Shown here: positions 61,041 through 64,000 of the stretch, one piece after another
How the letters are laid out: each line of letters starts with the position of its first letter
How positions within the stretch are numbered: position 1 is the first letter of the stretch
Assembly: GCA_963718665.1 (NCBI GenBank)
Contig: OY970359.1
Location: forward strand, 96,001-160,000
Reading direction: 5' to 3'
DNA length: 64,000 nucleotides
Origin: an uncultured Phycisphaerales bacterium
Lineage (GTDB): Bacteria; Planctomycetota; Phycisphaerae; Sedimentisphaerales; Anaerobacaceae
Position numbers and translations under genes: made by a program
The notes under the pieces: model-generated
Databases searched by the model: none
Told to the model about the DNA's origin: nothing
What the model saw: the letters and a program-made list of their open reading frames with translations, nothing else

Positions 61041-62780
61041 TCAATCGCCCATCACGCCTTCCATTTGAGCAATTGCCGCGACTTCCGCCGGCGTGGTTAC
61101 TCCTTTGAATATCTTGAGTTTGCCGTCTTCCATAAGCGTTCTCATGCCGCTGGCGATGCAGGCCTTCCGCAGCTCACTCGTCGGGGCCTTTGAAAAAGCC
61201 AGCTCCCTAACTTCGTTGTTAAGCTCAACCATTTCAAATATACCCTTACGCCCCTTGTAGCCAATGCCCTGACACTGGCTGCAGCCGGCGCCTTTGTAAA
61301 TCGAGTTATTTTTTAGGTCCTCAGGGGTAATATTCAGCAGGCGAAGATAATGAGGGTCGGGATCCTTATCAACGGTTTTACAGTTTTTGCATATTACCCG
61401 CAGTAATCGCTGGGCCATAATGGCCTGAATCGAGCTTGCGACAAGGAAGGGTTTGACACCCATATCAACCAGACGCGTAATCGCACTTGGGGCGTCGTTG
61501 GTGTGCAGCGTGCTGAATACCAGGTGACCTGTAAGTGCCGCCTGAATAGCGACGTCGGCGACGATGCCGTCACGAATTTCGCCGACGAGAATCACGTTCG
61601 GCGCCTGGCGCAGCATAGCACGCAGTATCTTTTCAAATGTAAGGCCGATGTCCTCCCTTACCTGCACCTGGTTCATACCGGCGAAGCTGTATTCAATGGG
61701 GTCTTCTGCGGTGATGATTTTTTTGTCGGGCTTGTTCAACTCCTGCAAAGCGGCGTAAAGCGTGGTTGTTTTACCGCTACCTGTCGGGCCTGTTACAAGA
61801 AATATGCCGTTTGGCCTTCTTATGATTTTCTGGAAGCGGTCATAGTCATCGGATTCGAAACCGAGCGCCTTAATACCGATATTTACGGCGTCGGGTCGCA
61901 GAATACGAAGCACGACGCTTTCGCCGTGGTTACCGGGCAGAGCAGATACGCGGAAATCGACGTCCTGATTGCCTATGGTTCGTTTAATACGGCCGTCCTG
62001 GGGAACACGTCTTTCGGCGATGTTCATACCCGAAAGGATTTTCAGACGCGTCATCAAGGGCGCCTGCATATTTTTGGGGATATTGTCTTTTTCAAAGCAA
62101 ACGCCGTCCAGCCGGTACCTGATTCGCACCCTGTCGGACATCGGCTCGATGTGAATATCGCTTGCTCGAATATTAACGGCTGTATCGATTATGAGGTTTA
62201 CAAGACGAACAACCGGACCGTCGTCGGCGCCGGCAACCTGTCCGGCCTTGAGAACTTCCGCCTGAAACTCATGCCCCGCCTCGGCGAGTTCGGCCGCGGT
62301 GGCATCGATACTGTGCCTTAGCCGGTCTGATTCCTCGGCCCTGCTCTGCTCAAGCGTATCGGTTAAAAATGACTTGATTTTGGCGGGATTGGCAACATAG
62401 CAATCAAGCTCCTTGTTTGTACGGAACCGGACCGCATCCATCGCGTCGAGATTTACGGGGTCCGAAATGGCCAACTTGAGCTTGCCGTTATCCATTCCGA
62501 GAGGCAGCACATTGTGCTTTTTGATGAGGTCTTCGGGAACAAGTTTGATTACTTCGGGAGTCAGGGTAGTAGTATCAAGGTTGATGTATTTCATGCCGAA
62601 TTGCTTGGCGACGGCCTTTGCGAGAGTTTCCTCGTCTATAAGGCCTTTTTCAATAAGCACCTCGCCGAGCCGTTTTTTGCTCGCATGGCCGACCTTAATA
62701 GCGTCGATGATGGCCTGTTTTTCAACCAGGCCTGCCTTATACAAAACTTCCCCCAAATGTCTGCGTGCTGTTTTGGCCAT
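61041..62780 (-). CDS. Second PilB/GspE assembly ATPase with MshEN-like N-terminus
   Basis: HLGEVL/RLGEVL N-terminal motifs, GPTGSGKTTT, LRQAP..LVGEIRD, tetra-Cys. Confidence 0.9.
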   Translation of the reverse strand: MAKTARRHLGEVLYKAGLVEKQAIIDAIKVGHASKKRLGEVLIEKGLIDEETLAKAVAKQFGMKYINLDTTTLTPEVIKLVPEDLIKKHNVLPLGMDNGKLKLAISDPVNLDAMDAVRFRTNKELDCYVANPAKIKSFLTDTLEQSRAEESDRLRHSIDATAAELAEAGHEFQAEVLKAGQVAGADDGPVVRLVNLIIDTAVNIRASDIHIEPMSDRVRIRYRLDGVCFEKDNIPKNMQAPLMTRLKILSGMNIAERRVPQDGRIKRTIGNQDVDFRVSALPGNHGESVVLRILRPDAVNIGIKALGFESDDYDRFQKIIRRPNGIFLVTGPTGSGKTTTLYAALQELNKPDKKIITAEDPIEYSFAGMNQVQVREDIGLTFEKILRAMLRQAPNVILVGEIRDGIVADVAIQAALTGHLVFSTLHTNDAPSAITRLVDMGVKPFLVASSIQAIMAQRLLRVICKNCKTVDKDPDPHYLRLLNITPEDLKNNSIYKGAGCSQCQGIGYKGRKGIFEMVELNNEVRELAFSKAPTSELRKACIASGMRTLMEDGKLKIFKGVTTPAEVAAIAQMEGVMGD

Positions 62781-62872
62781 ATATACCCGCTAAATAGAGA
62801 TTTGGTATCACGCGTATTATAGCAGTTTTTGTGCTGTTTGTCAATAACATCGGTCGAGCGGCTGGTGTTGCA

Positions 62873-63580
62873 CTATAAAAGCTTATTTGTGACGGCCGGC
62901 GGCTTTAAGCAGGTGTATGAATAAACGATTGTCAAGGCAGACGAGCGTGAAATTCCGCCCGGGTTTATGCCTGGTTTTCCTTCGGGGATATCGACGCCAA
63001 GATTGGCGAAGTAATCCTGCCAGGCAGGTAGTATTCGGCCGGTTTTCGGGTCCTTGAAGGTCATGGGCTGCAACGGGAAAACCGGCTTGCCGCCGTTGGC
63101 CCGGCGGAAAATCTCGTAAATCAATTTGGAGCAGTAATACGCGTCGTTATCGATTGCGAAGACCTTATCGTATGGTTTGCCTTTCAACGCCTCGGCCTCT
63201 TTAATGGCAGCGGGTATAAGATGCCGGTAAGGCGATTTCAGACGCCCCACGATGACTTTTGGCTGACCATTCGGTTCAGTTCCCCGGCTCAAAAAGGCCT
63301 GTAAATCAGTGGCGACAACCCCCTTCGAGACCGCCTCAATCACAACAAGCCGGCCATTGGCGTCCTGAGCCACGATGCCGACGTGCGATAGCCGCATACC
63401 CTTATAGCCGGTCGTAACGTCTTCGATTGCGTCGCAGAGAGGTCCGCAATTAACGTCCTTGAAAAGCAAATCGCCCGTTTGGGGAGTAAATCCGACATTA
63501 TGGGGACATTCGATGTTTGCGCAGCCGGGGATGATTATCGCGGACAGACAAGCCAGTGTCATCAGTATTGCTATTCGCAT
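62873..63580 (-). CDS. YiiX/YebB-like permuted papain-like (NlpC/P60) lipoprotein
   Basis: IPGC lipobox; GDLLF, SHVGIV, PYD...YYCS. Confidence 0.85.
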   Translation of the reverse strand: MRIAILMTLACLSAIIIPGCANIECPHNVGFTPQTGDLLFKDVNCGPLCDAIEDVTTGYKGMRLSHVGIVAQDANGRLVVIEAVSKGVVATDLQAFLSRGTEPNGQPKVIVGRLKSPYRHLIPAAIKEAEALKGKPYDKVFAIDNDAYYCSKLIYEIFRRANGGKPVFPLQPMTFKDPKTGRILPAWQDYFANLGVDIPEGKPGINPGGISRSSALTIVYSYTCLKPPAVTNKLL

Positions 63581-63591
63581 AATGATTCTCT

Positions 63592-64000
63592 CTACTTTTT
63601 TTGTCTTTTTTCGGCCAGCCAGGTTTTCAATTTTGCCAAAGGCCAGGCATTAAGCACGTCCGATTTCGTCGCCCAGCCCCTTGCGGCAGTCGCGACACCA
63701 AAGGGCATATAATCAAGCTGGTGCAGTTTATGGGTGTCGGTGCTGATGACTAATTTCACCCCCGCCTCAACTGCCATTTTACAGTGAACGTCTTTGAGGT
63801 CAAGCCGATAAGGATTCGAGCTAACTTCCATTGCTATCCGCGTCTCGGCGGCGTGCCTGATTACCGCGGATATATCGATATCCATCGGCTCGCGTTCGCC
63901 AATCAGCCGGCCGGTCGGATGGCCAATGCAGTTAAGATAAGGGCTGTCCATTGCTTTTAGCACGCGTTTCGTGAGCGTTTCCCTGTCGCTGGACATTCTC
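63592..64000 (-). CDS. polX: C-terminal PHP domain of DNA polymerase X (partial, extends past the window)
   Basis: GHPTGRL, RLDL, STDTH, GVATAARG. Confidence 0.8.
   Translation of the reverse strand, partial: RMSSDRETLTKRVLKAMDSPYLNCIGHPTGRLIGEREPMDIDISAVIRHAAETRIAMEVSSNPYRLDLKDVHCKMAVEAGVKLVISTDTHKLHQLDYMPFGVATAARGWATKSDVLNAWPLAKLKTWLAEKRQKK

Overview
A 64-kb chromosomal window of a GC-moderate bacterium, most likely Planctomycetota (Phycisphaerae/Sedimentisphaerales-like; inferred from the PEP-CTERM protein, dockerin-like repeats and many N-methyl pilin-like genes, not from a database search). Core genes: asnS, prmC, aroB, apt, a sigma-70 factor, rpsA, ispH, glmM, serA, suhB-like and a partial polX. 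An accessory/defence-like stretch at about 14.7-26.5 kb holds a methyltransferase-endonuclease gene split by an inserted hydrolase gene, two HEPN-like genes, two HNH genes and a large GT-C-like membrane protein. An acetate/lysine-acetylation locus spans 28.8-38.8 kb (acs, satP, LacI, AcuC-like deacetylase, CoA-transferase-GNAT, ADP-forming acetate-CoA ligase), and a type IV pilus/T2SS-like cluster spans 48.4-62.8 kb. Three core genes carry single frameshifts, probably sequencing errors. No rRNA, tRNA or CRISPR array was seen. The most unusual observations are: (1) a pervasive system of 7/9/10-mer tandem repeats that flanks a four-helix-bundle gene in inverted orientation and has invaded pilin leader peptides; (2) a ~118-nt multi-hairpin element in three copies with compensatory changes; (3) an abrupt C-to-G skew flip inside a gene lying between two mirror-image repeat mosaics; (4) a gamma-glutamylcyclotransferase fused to a putative glutamine-synthetase-fold ligase; (5) dense D-x-N (DPN) motifs in exported proteins.
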